Positions 25,921-32,992 of a stretch of 64,000 nucleotides of DNA are shown in pieces; the stretch's first letter is position 1, and every line of letters starts with the position of its first letter. The translations under genes and the position numbers were made by a program. The notes under the pieces are model-generated. The model did no database searches, was not told the DNA's origin, and saw nothing but the letters and a program-made list of their open reading frames with translations. Source of the stretch: Candidatus Micrarchaeota archaeon (GTDB lineage: Archaea > Micrarchaeota > Micrarchaeia > Anstonellales > Anstonellaceae). Where the stretch lies: the NCBI GenBank assembly GCA_026413965.1, contig JAOAJY010000001.1:57642-121641 (forward strand), in the 5' to 3' direction.

Positions 25921-26847
25921 ATGAAAAAAGCAGCCAAGCAATTTAATCTTTTGTCCAAAAAAACAGCTGTGGAAGAATTTCTTGAAGAGTATTTCATAAA
26001 CCCGATTTTTGACAGGGTTGGGTATAATCCTGTGAATACTTTTGCCTATGCTGTAATTGCACTGGCATCTGTTTATGCTATTTGGAGGATTATGCGCAAC
26101 AGGTATGATTTCGCAAGCAAGGAATTCCTGCTTGGAGCCGCGGCTTTTGTCCTTCTTGGGACCACCTCGCGTGTGCTGACTGATTTGTCGGATGCTGGAG
26201 CTATAAGGCAGGCTTCCCTTTCCGGAGGGATTTTGGGGGCAGTTTATGGCGCAATTGAAAGCAGAGGGGTTTTCCAATACGGATATTTGACCGTGACTCC
26301 TGGGATATATGTGGTGATTGCCCTGCTGTTCCTTGCCTCAATCGCAGTCGGGGAAGCCATGAGGATGCGGATTTTTCCCGCGGTGGCTGGATTTGCCCTA
26401 TGGATTCCCTGCTTTCTTTTGCTTGCGCCATTCATGAAAAATTTCGCCTATGGATTGCTTGCCTTGCTTTTGGCTTTGGTTGGCTCAGCAGCGGCTTTCC
26501 AAGCGCTTGCAAGGCTTGGGGCAAGCATGAAAATGCACCACAAGCTGGCGGTTGCAGGGCAGGCTCTTGATGGAGCTGCAACTTTTGTGGTGATTGACGT
26601 GTTTGGGCCGCTTTCAGGAAAGCCTTATTTTGAGCAGCACGTTCTTTCCTCTGCCATAGGGCATGCCACTCCCCTTGGCTTTGGGCTGTTTTTCGCATTC
26701 AAGATTGCCATAGCCTCGTTGATAGCCTACATGATTTCAAAAGAAAAGCTTGAGGCAAAAGATGCCGCCCTTTTGCTTGTGGTGATAGCCATAATGGGAT
26801 TTGCCCCTGGAATAAGGAACCTTCTGAGGATGCTTTGCGGCACTTAA
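25921..26847 (+). CDS. Polytopic membrane protein (possibly the DUF63 family)
   Basis: The 308-aa ORF has the N-terminal block FLEEYFINPIFDRVGYNPVNTFAYAV. The DUF63 assignment is from memory only. Confidence 0.5.
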   Translation: MKKAAKQFNLLSKKTAVEEFLEEYFINPIFDRVGYNPVNTFAYAVIALASVYAIWRIMRNRYDFASKEFLLGAAAFVLLGTTSRVLTDLSDAGAIRQASLSGGILGAVYGAIESRGVFQYGYLTVTPGIYVVIALLFLASIAVGEAMRMRIFPAVAGFALWIPCFLLLAPFMKNFAYGLLALLLALVGSAAAFQALARLGASMKMHHKLAVAGQALDGAATFVVIDVFGPLSGKPYFEQHVLSSAIGHATPLGFGLFFAFKIAIASLIAYMISKEKLEAKDAALLLVVIAIMGFAPGIRNLLRMLCGT

Positions 26848-27416
26848 AGCCCGAACCCTTTCCTTATGTATTCCACTGCGAATGCGGCAAGCAGCACCCC
26901 CATGACCCGCGAGAGTATCTCAAGCCCGCTTTTCCCAATCAGCCTGTAAATCTGCGAAGATGCCAAAAGGATTGCGTAGCTTGCCAAGCAAGCGGCAATG
27001 CCTGCCAAAGCCACATTGATTTCCCCGAAGCTGCTGCGCAAAAGCATGGAGGTGAGCATGGTTCCAGGCCCTGATAGGAGAGGAACTCCTATTATCACTG
27101 CCTCCACTGGAGCATGCTGGCTTTTTCCGAATTCAATGCCCAAAGCAAAGGAAACCGCAATAAGCAGCATAAGCAGCCCGCCTGCAATCTGGAAGGACTC
27201 GAACCTTATCCCAAGAAACGACAGGGCAAGAGGGCCTAAAAAAAGAAACCCGAGAAACACGCCTGCAGCAACTGCGGTAGCCACTGTTGCTGCCCTAAGC
27301 TTGTCTTTCTGCGAATATTTCCTGGTGAGGGCAAGAAAGACCGGCACTGAGGAGAAAGGGTCCATTACTATGAAAAGCGCGATGAACGCTGCCGCCACTG
27401 AGCTTATGTCAATCAT
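26844..27416 (-). CDS. MarC family (UPF0056) integral membrane protein, second copy
   Basis: The 190-aa ORF has FIVMDPFSSVPVFLALT and is a paralog of 14408-14989. Confidence 0.8.
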   Translation of the reverse strand: MIDISSVAAAFIALFIVMDPFSSVPVFLALTRKYSQKDKLRAATVATAVAAGVFLGFLFLGPLALSFLGIRFESFQIAGGLLMLLIAVSFALGIEFGKSQHAPVEAVIIGVPLLSGPGTMLTSMLLRSSFGEINVALAGIAACLASYAILLASSQIYRLIGKSGLEILSRVMGVLLAAFAVEYIRKGFGL

Positions 27417-27444
27417 TTGAACCGGTTAGCAAACACGGCGATGG

Positions 27445-27453
27445 TTTTTAAAT
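27445..27453 (+). promoter_or_regulatory. TATA-like box for the tRNA-Glu gene
   Basis: tttttaaat lies about 25-30 nt upstream of the tRNA 5' end. Confidence 0.5.
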
Positions 27454-27516
27454 CGCTTGGTGCTTTAACCAATCTGCGCTCCCATAGTCTAGCCCGGTAA
27501 GGACGCGGGCCTTTCA

Positions 27517-27535
27517 GCCATGGAAAAAGGAAGAA
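27517..27535 (+). other. tRNA-Glu intron 1 (19 nt, canonical 37/38)
   Basis: The central helix is CTTT/GAAG and the 3-nt bulges are CAG and AAA. The inner helix is weak. Confidence 0.7.
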
Positions 27536-27556
27536 AGCCTGTAACACGGGTTCAAA

Positions 27557-27591
27557 TGCGCAAAGCTGATTTTATCGAAAGCCGCGGAGAC
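27557..27591 (+). other. tRNA-Glu intron 2 (35 nt, T-loop position 59/60)
   Basis: The T stem serves as the outer helix. The central helix is TTCA/GGAG (one A/G mismatch), the 3-nt bulges are AAT and ACT, and the inner helix is GCG/CGC. Identical T residues at both junctions leave a 1-nt ambiguity. Confidence 0.6.
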
Positions 27592-27733
27592 TCCCGTTGG
27601 GAGCGCTTTTCTTCAGCTTGGGCTTGCCGCCTTTTTTGGGAAGGCAGCCTGAAAGCGAAACAATCAGCAATTCGGCCGCTTTGGCAGCCCATTCGCTAAG
27701 GACAAGCATAGGATCTCCTTTGAAAAGAAAAAA

Positions 27734-27943
27734 TCACTCTGGCGGCGGTGGAGGGGGCGCCTCGCCATCCCCAAAATCCTCAGGCATGAGAGGCGTGGCT
27801 TCTTTTTCCTGCTGTGCGCTTTTGACCATTTTTCCTTCTGGGGGAGCTGGGGGGCGGCTGTCATCTGCCGAGTCGCTGGGCTTGCTTTGAGCGCAGCCTG
27901 CCAAAAGCAGAAAGGCAGCCAAGAAAACCAATAGCCCTTTCAT
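27734..27943 (-). CDS. Small putative lipoprotein, proline/acidic-rich
   Basis: It starts MKGLLVFLAAFLLLAGC (lipobox-like LAGC) and ends PPPPPPE. It overlaps the upstream PKD gene by 4 nt. Confidence 0.5.
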   Translation of the reverse strand: MKGLLVFLAAFLLLAGCAQSKPSDSADDSRPPAPPEGKMVKSAQQEKEATPLMPEDFGDGEAPPPPPPE

Positions 27944-30201
27944 TGAACCGCCGCCTTTTTGCTTGTTTGCTGTGCCTGTGGCACGCACACGAATACCTGG
28001 CAGCCGTTTTTGTCAATATGAGAAAAAACAGGAACAAGCCCAGGCAGGCAGGTGGCGGTTGTTTGGCATGATGCTGGATAGACCTGCACCGTCAAAGCCG
28101 CCTGCGCGCTTGCGCCCTGCTCATCATAGACCGTCATATATACAGTGTAGGCGCCAGGCGCGCTGTATGAGTGGGTGGCTGATGCAGTCTGAACCACTGC
28201 CATAGGCTTGGGCATTCTTGGATTTTCATCTCCCCATATGAAAGAATAAGTCAGCTGCCTGCCCTCTGGGTCGTATGCTGAGATTGTCCAGGTTCCTTGC
28301 TGCCCAACAGCAAGCTGTGATGGCCCTGAGACGCTGGTGATGACTGGCGGGAGATTTTGCTGGATTTGGCGCTTGACGGTTATCACACCGCTTTCAGAAA
28401 ATGGCTCTCTGGAATGCATGTGTATGCCTACTCGGATTTTGTACTGCCCTTCTGGGAAATTTGATGGTATATTCCATGCTGCCTGCCCTGCCGAAAGCGG
28501 GTTGTTTCCGCAATCTATGTTTGTGGCTGCTCCGGTATTGACATTTATTGCCTGCACGCAGGAGAGCCTGCCATTCAAATCAGAGGAAACTGACCAGGCA
28601 ATCATGTAGGTTTGGCCTGCTACGAATTCCTCGCCTCCAATCGGAGAAGACACCTTTATGCTGTAGCTTGGAGCATTCCGGTAAACCTGAACCCTGTAGG
28701 TTGAGCTGGCAGATGCCCCTTGCTCATCCACAACTGTGAATGTTATGGTGTAAGTTCCTGCTGAATTGTAGGTGTGAGAGATGGTTGAGGACTGCTCTGC
28801 TGCAGCGCTTCTTCTTGCAAGCTCAGCAGGCTCATCTCCCCAAGTGACATAATAAGTCAGCTGCCTGCCCTCTGGGTCGTATGCTGAGATTGTCCAGGTT
28901 CCTTGCTGCCCAACAGTAAGCTGTGATGGCCCTGAGACGCTGGTGATGACTGGCGGGGGATTTGGCCTGGAAGGTTGCAGATATATTAGGGCGTCATTGT
29001 ATCCGCCATCAAATTTTATGCCGTCATCTGCTTCTATCGTGAATTTGTTTCCCTTCTGCGTTATGCTGAAATAATGCGGGTTTGTGGAAAAGGCTTTTTC
29101 GTACCATCTGCCATTCCATTGGGTTTGTATGGAAAGGACAACTTCCTCTCCCTCTTTCAGATAGCCGATAGGCGTGACTCTATTGACCCAATTATTGGCG
29201 CCTGTGAATGTCCCGAGATTTTTGAAATTCGGCTTTTCTACCGCAATGACCGAACTTCCCGAGGTGTCATACCATGCAACATTTATCTCGTATTCTCCAG
29301 ACTGCGGGATTATTATTCTCTGCTGCGGGGGCTCTGGAACAGGGGCAAGAAATACAGTGACGCTTATGCTTGCAGTCTCGCTTTCGCCTGCATCATCCAC
29401 AACTTTGACGACTATCTTATAGGTTCCTGCCGAATTGTATGTGTGGGTGAATGAAGCGGTCTGTGAGGCTGGCGTGCTGGCAGAGGATCCCTGCTTATTG
29501 AACTCGTCGCCCCAAGTGACATAATAAGTCAGCTGCCTGCCCTCTGGGTCGTATGCTGAGATTGTCCAGGTCCCTTGCTGCCCAACAGCAAGCTGTGATG
29601 GCCCTGAGATTTTGGTTATCACAGGAGGGAGATTGGGCTGAGGCGGGGATGGCGGCTCGTCCTTCCCAAATCCGAGCCTGCATGATGAGGCTGCCTTTAT
29701 CCAGTAAGCTTTGCCCGGCTCAAGCGTGCTTGAGTACCTGTATGGGCTTTGGGCAGGACCGCTTGCGTAATAATGCCAGGGGCCAGAGATTATCTTGCAG
29801 TCGCCTGCATAGTCTGTGATTTCTGCCTTGTGGGGCGGCGCCCCAACAAGATTCCATCCTGAAAAAAGCTCTTTGTTCGCAAAGATCGGCGAAGCTGAAT
29901 AAGCGTACCTGCACTCCCTTGTCCCCTTTATCCAATATCCCTCTCCTGGCTTAAGAACGGCTTCTTTGATGTATCCTGACTGCGAAAGCCTCCAAGCATA
30001 TTGGGAGGCACCGCAGATAAAAGCCAGCTCTTTGACAGGCAAATCTGCTGAAACTGAAATCATGTTCCATCCGGGATAGATTTGCACCTCATAGTTTTGC
30101 GGAGCAGGGAGGGTAAGCGCTGCAGCTGCGGGAAAAATAAGCAACATCGCAACAAGAATTGCCCCAAATCTGTTGCTTTCAAGATTCGCTTTTATTGCCA
30201 T
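27940..30201 (-). CDS. Secreted multidomain surface protein: double GWN...YWIK module, three PKD-like repeats, C-terminal 4-Cys module
   Basis: The signal peptide is MAIKANLESNRFGAILVAMLLIFPAAAA. The repeat PPVIT.(I/V)SGPSQL.VGQQGTWTISAYDPEGRQLTY..(T/I)WGDE occurs three times. The C-terminal end reads CQTTATCLPGLVPVFSHIDKNGCQVFVCVP. Confidence 0.8.
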   Translation of the reverse strand: MAIKANLESNRFGAILVAMLLIFPAAAALTLPAPQNYEVQIYPGWNMISVSADLPVKELAFICGASQYAWRLSQSGYIKEAVLKPGEGYWIKGTRECRYAYSASPIFANKELFSGWNLVGAPPHKAEITDYAGDCKIISGPWHYYASGPAQSPYRYSSTLEPGKAYWIKAASSCRLGFGKDEPPSPPQPNLPPVITKISGPSQLAVGQQGTWTISAYDPEGRQLTYYVTWGDEFNKQGSSASTPASQTASFTHTYNSAGTYKIVVKVVDDAGESETASISVTVFLAPVPEPPQQRIIIPQSGEYEINVAWYDTSGSSVIAVEKPNFKNLGTFTGANNWVNRVTPIGYLKEGEEVVLSIQTQWNGRWYEKAFSTNPHYFSITQKGNKFTIEADDGIKFDGGYNDALIYLQPSRPNPPPVITSVSGPSQLTVGQQGTWTISAYDPEGRQLTYYVTWGDEPAELARRSAAAEQSSTISHTYNSAGTYTITFTVVDEQGASASSTYRVQVYRNAPSYSIKVSSPIGGEEFVAGQTYMIAWSVSSDLNGRLSCVQAINVNTGAATNIDCGNNPLSAGQAAWNIPSNFPEGQYKIRVGIHMHSREPFSESGVITVKRQIQQNLPPVITSVSGPSQLAVGQQGTWTISAYDPEGRQLTYSFIWGDENPRMPKPMAVVQTASATHSYSAPGAYTVYMTVYDEQGASAQAALTVQVYPASCQTTATCLPGLVPVFSHIDKNGCQVFVCVPQAQQTSKKAAVQ
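28245..28350. repeat. Intragenic near-identical DNA repeat, copy A (PKD-like repeat core)
   Basis: The 106 bp differ from copy B by 1 nt (aataagtcagctgcctgccctctgggtcgtatgctgagattgtccagg...). Confidence 0.9.
28839..28956. repeat. Intragenic near-identical DNA repeat, copy B
   Basis: This copy shares the same core. It also shares the upstream ccccaagtgacat extension with copy C. Confidence 0.9.
29511..29609. repeat. Intragenic near-identical DNA repeat, copy C
   Basis: This copy shares the same core with 1 mismatch and diverges after gccctgaga. Confidence 0.9.
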
Positions 30202-30211
30202 TCAAATCACC

Positions 30212-31441
30212 TCAATTTGGAGGCATTGGAGGCGCCTCTTCTAAATTGCCATAAAGCCTGCATGAAGAACCCACTTTTATCCAGTAAGCTTTGCCTGGCT
30301 CAAGGGTCTGAGAGTATGCATAAGGGCTTGCGCCTGCGCTGGTGTCATAATGCCAGGGGCCAGAGATTATCTTGCAGTCGCCTGAGTATTCGGATATTTT
30401 GACCGTGCTGGACGGAGCCCCAACCAAGTTCCAGCCAGGAAATAATGGTTTGAGGGAAAGAGAATAGGCAGGCGCAGAAACCTCAAACTCGCAGCTTCTT
30501 CTGCCTTTTATCCAATATCCTGCTCCTGGCTCAAGGTACTCTTCTTTTGAGTATCCAGAGGGCAGAAGCAACCATGCCTGGGCAGATGTGCCGCACTTGC
30601 CAGAAAGCTCTTTCATTGAGAGCTTGGAATTGACTGGAAGGGAAACCATGTTCCACCCGTTTTTTATGTTCAAGACGAACTTTGCCTCATCTTGCGGGGG
30701 AAGCGGAGGCTCGCTTTGCTCAGCTCTGACTTTCACTTTCGCCCTTGCCTGCCCAACAAGGTGCTCCTGCTCAGAGCAGGCTCCGGCGCTATTGCAGCTT
30801 GAAAACAGGTAGTAGACTGAGATGGTCGCGAATTTCACGCCTGGCGAGATTGCTGTGAAATAGGCAGAAATGCTTGCGCTTTCGCCGCTGGAGAGCGTCA
30901 TGTAGTCTATCCTTTCTTGGAAGCTTTGGCGCTTTCCGCTGGATGATGCATGCGCTGGAAACGCCTTGCCAACGCTGTCAACAACCCTCAAGGATTGCTG
31001 CTCCTCTTTGCCCATGCCTTCTTGGATGCTTTTGCTTGCGAAAAAAGAGGGCTTGCCTGAAGAAAGTTCTGCAGCATCAGACAACTGCGTGATGATTTTC
31101 AGCCTGTAGATGGAGTCCGTGCGCCCGTCGCTGACCAAACTGACTTTTCCGCCCACAAAAATTTGCTGATTCTGTTGCGCTTCGGATGGCTCGGCATGTA
31201 TTGAAACCGATACTGTTGGCATATTGGCTGGCCTGCAGCCATAAATTTCGCACCCAAACTCATCAAGATGGGAAAAATATGGCTCATAGCCTAAGGCGCA
31301 TTTTGCCATTGAAATGCATCGCTCATCCGATTTTGCCTGAGCCTGTGGCACAAGCAGCAGGACTGCGATAAGCGCAACCAAACCGGCACTTCTCATCAAC
31401 AGATGAATCACCAGCCAAGCTTTTGCTCTGGGTTTCTCCAT
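30212..31441 (-). CDS. Secreted protein: N-terminal 4-Cys module, unknown middle region, C-terminal double GWN...YWIK module
   Basis: It has a signal-like MRSAGLVALIAVLLLVPQAQA, and the start may be that internal Met. It has CISMAKCALGYEPYFSHLDEFGCEIYGCRP. The C-terminal 165 aa or so are alignable to the N-terminus of the 753-aa neighbour, with 38-nt identical DNA patches. Confidence 0.7.
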   Translation of the reverse strand: MEKPRAKAWLVIHLLMRSAGLVALIAVLLLVPQAQAKSDERCISMAKCALGYEPYFSHLDEFGCEIYGCRPANMPTVSVSIHAEPSEAQQNQQIFVGGKVSLVSDGRTDSIYRLKIITQLSDAAELSSGKPSFFASKSIQEGMGKEEQQSLRVVDSVGKAFPAHASSSGKRQSFQERIDYMTLSSGESASISAYFTAISPGVKFATISVYYLFSSCNSAGACSEQEHLVGQARAKVKVRAEQSEPPLPPQDEAKFVLNIKNGWNMVSLPVNSKLSMKELSGKCGTSAQAWLLLPSGYSKEEYLEPGAGYWIKGRRSCEFEVSAPAYSLSLKPLFPGWNLVGAPSSTVKISEYSGDCKIISGPWHYDTSAGASPYAYSQTLEPGKAYWIKVGSSCRLYGNLEEAPPMPPN

Positions 31442-31465
31442 CGGCTCTTATTTAAAAAGAAAACT

Positions 31466-31507
31466 CGGTCCGGCTGCGGAACCCATATATAAGCTTTTCG
31501 CGGTCCG
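31466..31507. promoter_or_regulatory. Two copies of the palindromic heptamer CGGTCCG flanking a TATA-like element
   Basis: cggtccg occurs at 31466-31472 and 31501-31507. catatataag at 31483-31492 lies between them, in the 82-nt gap between the wHTH gene and the secreted-protein genes. Confidence 0.35.
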
Positions 31508-31523
31508 ACGCGTTGCGCAAAAT

Positions 31524-32615
31524 TCACCTGAAAATTTGCCCGTTTATTTCCGCAAGAAGATTCCTCCCGAATGGATGCAGCTTGACTATGTTTTTCCGCT
31601 CAAGCGAGCGCAGGTTGCGAAGCAGGCTTGTTTTTGGAATCAGCAGCTTGTGCTGAATTTGCGAGCGCTTCGCCCTCCCGCCTGACCGCATAAGGAACAG
31701 CACTATCTCCCTCTCCCGCTCGGAAAGCGTGGATAGGACCGCAGTTGCCTTTGGGCTGGATGCATCATAAATGCCTGCATCAGTAAGCTGCTTGGGCGCG
31801 CGATTGCCAGGCTTTTTGGCTGCTTTGCCCTTGGCTGGAGCTTTGTTTTCTTTTTTCTCTTGCTGTTTGGAGGCTTTCATTGAGCCCATGCCCCTAAGGA
31901 AAAGCCACAAGCCAAAAGCAGCAGCCAGGCCCACTATAGCCATAAGCAAAAGGTCATCTTCTGAGGACTTGTTTCCCATCTCAATTGAAACCATGGTGGT
32001 TTCTCCTGCAACTATGCTAGCCTCCTGCGAGCCTGCCTTCCCCTTGTGGTAGGCAGAAACCAGGCAAGAGCCTGCCGGCAGGGCTTTGAACAGGAACTCG
32101 CCTGCCTCTCCTGCCAAAACTTTGCTCCCTCCATTTATCCTTGAATAGTTGAAGGCAGAGGAAGGGCAGGAGACCGAGATTGTGGCTTGCGGGACAGGAG
32201 AATCTTTGCTGGCTGCCCTGCCTGCCAGGCTTCCTGCTGGATAAAAAATCACTGTTAGGTTGCTTTTGCCTGGGGCTGCGAAATCCTCGGTTGCCGCAAA
32301 ATCTATGCCGCTTGTGGATGGAAAATCAATCAAGGCATCCAGCTGGTGGCTCCCCCTATCAACAAACAAGACAAAGCCGCCAGAGTAATCAGTGATTGCG
32401 CGGTAGATGGTGTCGGACTTTTCAGAGCGCAGGAGAAGCACCACTGGAACCTGCGAAGCTGGTGTTCCGTTTGAGAATACTGCATAAACCCAGACCGTAT
32501 TTGGGAGGCTGGGGACAGAAGGAGGGCCTTGCTGGGCTTCTTGATGGAAAGGGTCGTCTTGGGCAAAAAGGATAGAAAAGGCGAAAAAAGCTAGCAATAC
32601 AGGCCTCATGAGCAT
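31524..32615 (-). CDS. Membrane-tethered winged-helix protein: signal peptide, two CarboxypepD_reg-like beta-sandwich domains, a TM helix, and a cytoplasmic wHTH
   Basis: The signal peptide is MLMRPVLLAFFAFSILFAQDD. The TM helix is LLLMAIVGLAAAFGLWLFL, followed by a K-rich linker. The C-terminal LSEREREIVLFLMRSGGRAKRSQIQHKLLIPKTSLLRNLRSLERKNIV is a MarR/ArsR-like HTH. Confidence 0.65.
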   Translation of the reverse strand: MLMRPVLLAFFAFSILFAQDDPFHQEAQQGPPSVPSLPNTVWVYAVFSNGTPASQVPVVLLLRSEKSDTIYRAITDYSGGFVLFVDRGSHQLDALIDFPSTSGIDFAATEDFAAPGKSNLTVIFYPAGSLAGRAASKDSPVPQATISVSCPSSAFNYSRINGGSKVLAGEAGEFLFKALPAGSCLVSAYHKGKAGSQEASIVAGETTMVSIEMGNKSSEDDLLLMAIVGLAAAFGLWLFLRGMGSMKASKQQEKKENKAPAKGKAAKKPGNRAPKQLTDAGIYDASSPKATAVLSTLSEREREIVLFLMRSGGRAKRSQIQHKLLIPKTSLLRNLRSLERKNIVKLHPFGRNLLAEINGQIFR

Positions 32616-32649
32616 GCATAGTTTATGCTGCTTGTGTTTTAAAATCGCT

Positions 32650-32952
32650 CTATTTCGCCTCTTCTTTCACCAGATACTTGACTGCCAAAAATATGACAAA
32701 TGCGATTATCAGGAAATCCACCAGCGCCCCAAGGAAACTGCCAACCATGAGCTTCGCAGGGCCTGCTTCAAGGACAAACGCTCTCCAGTCCCCTCCAGTG
32801 GCGGAAAGCAGAACTCCTATGACAGGCATTATTATGTCGCTCACAAGCGCGCTGACCAGCTTGGATGCGGCTGTGCCTATTATGAACGCCACCGCAAGCC
32901 CGACAACCTTGTGCTTGTTCAAAAAAGCCAAAAACTCTTCCGCAAAACCCAA
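32650..32952 (-). CDS. mscL: Large-conductance mechanosensitive channel MscL
   Basis: It has GLAVAFIIGTAASKLVSALVSDIIMPVIG and a second TM helix FLGALVDFLIIAFVIFL. The track ORF overlaps the helicase gene, so the start was provisionally set at the TTG at 32952, which is preceded by AAGGGTGG. Confidence 0.8.
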   Translation of the reverse strand: MGFAEEFLAFLNKHKVVGLAVAFIIGTAASKLVSALVSDIIMPVIGVLLSATGGDWRAFVLEAGPAKLMVGSFLGALVDFLIIAFVIFLAVKYLVKEEAK

Positions 32953-32992
32953 AGAACCACCCTTACTGATCGGTAGCCGAAAGGATAAAATC

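Larger units (their letters stand above)
27478..27605 (+). tRNA. tRNA-Glu(UUC) with two introns (37/38 and 59/60)
   Basis: The read is GCTCCCA-TA-GTCT-AGCCCGGTAA-GGAC-G-CGGGC-CTTTCA[19 nt]A-GCCTG-TAAC-ACGGG-TTCAAA[35 nt]T-CCCGT-TGGGAGC-G. The mature length is 74 nt with a 4-nt variable loop, as is typical for Glu. Confidence 0.85.

Noticed and set aside
27476-27607. The tRNA-Glu acceptor stem has a 9-bp extension (GCGCTCCCA / TGGGAGCGC).
   Set aside because: The two extra base pairs lie outside the standard 7-bp acceptor plus discriminator. This is most simply leader/trailer complementarity, and there is no evidence for a non-standard tRNA.
28245-29609. Regularly spaced identical repeats might suggest a CRISPR-like or satellite array.
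   Set aside because: The period is about 600-670 bp, the repeats are in frame within one ORF, and they encode PKD-like domains. No short repeat-spacer structure occurs anywhere in the window.
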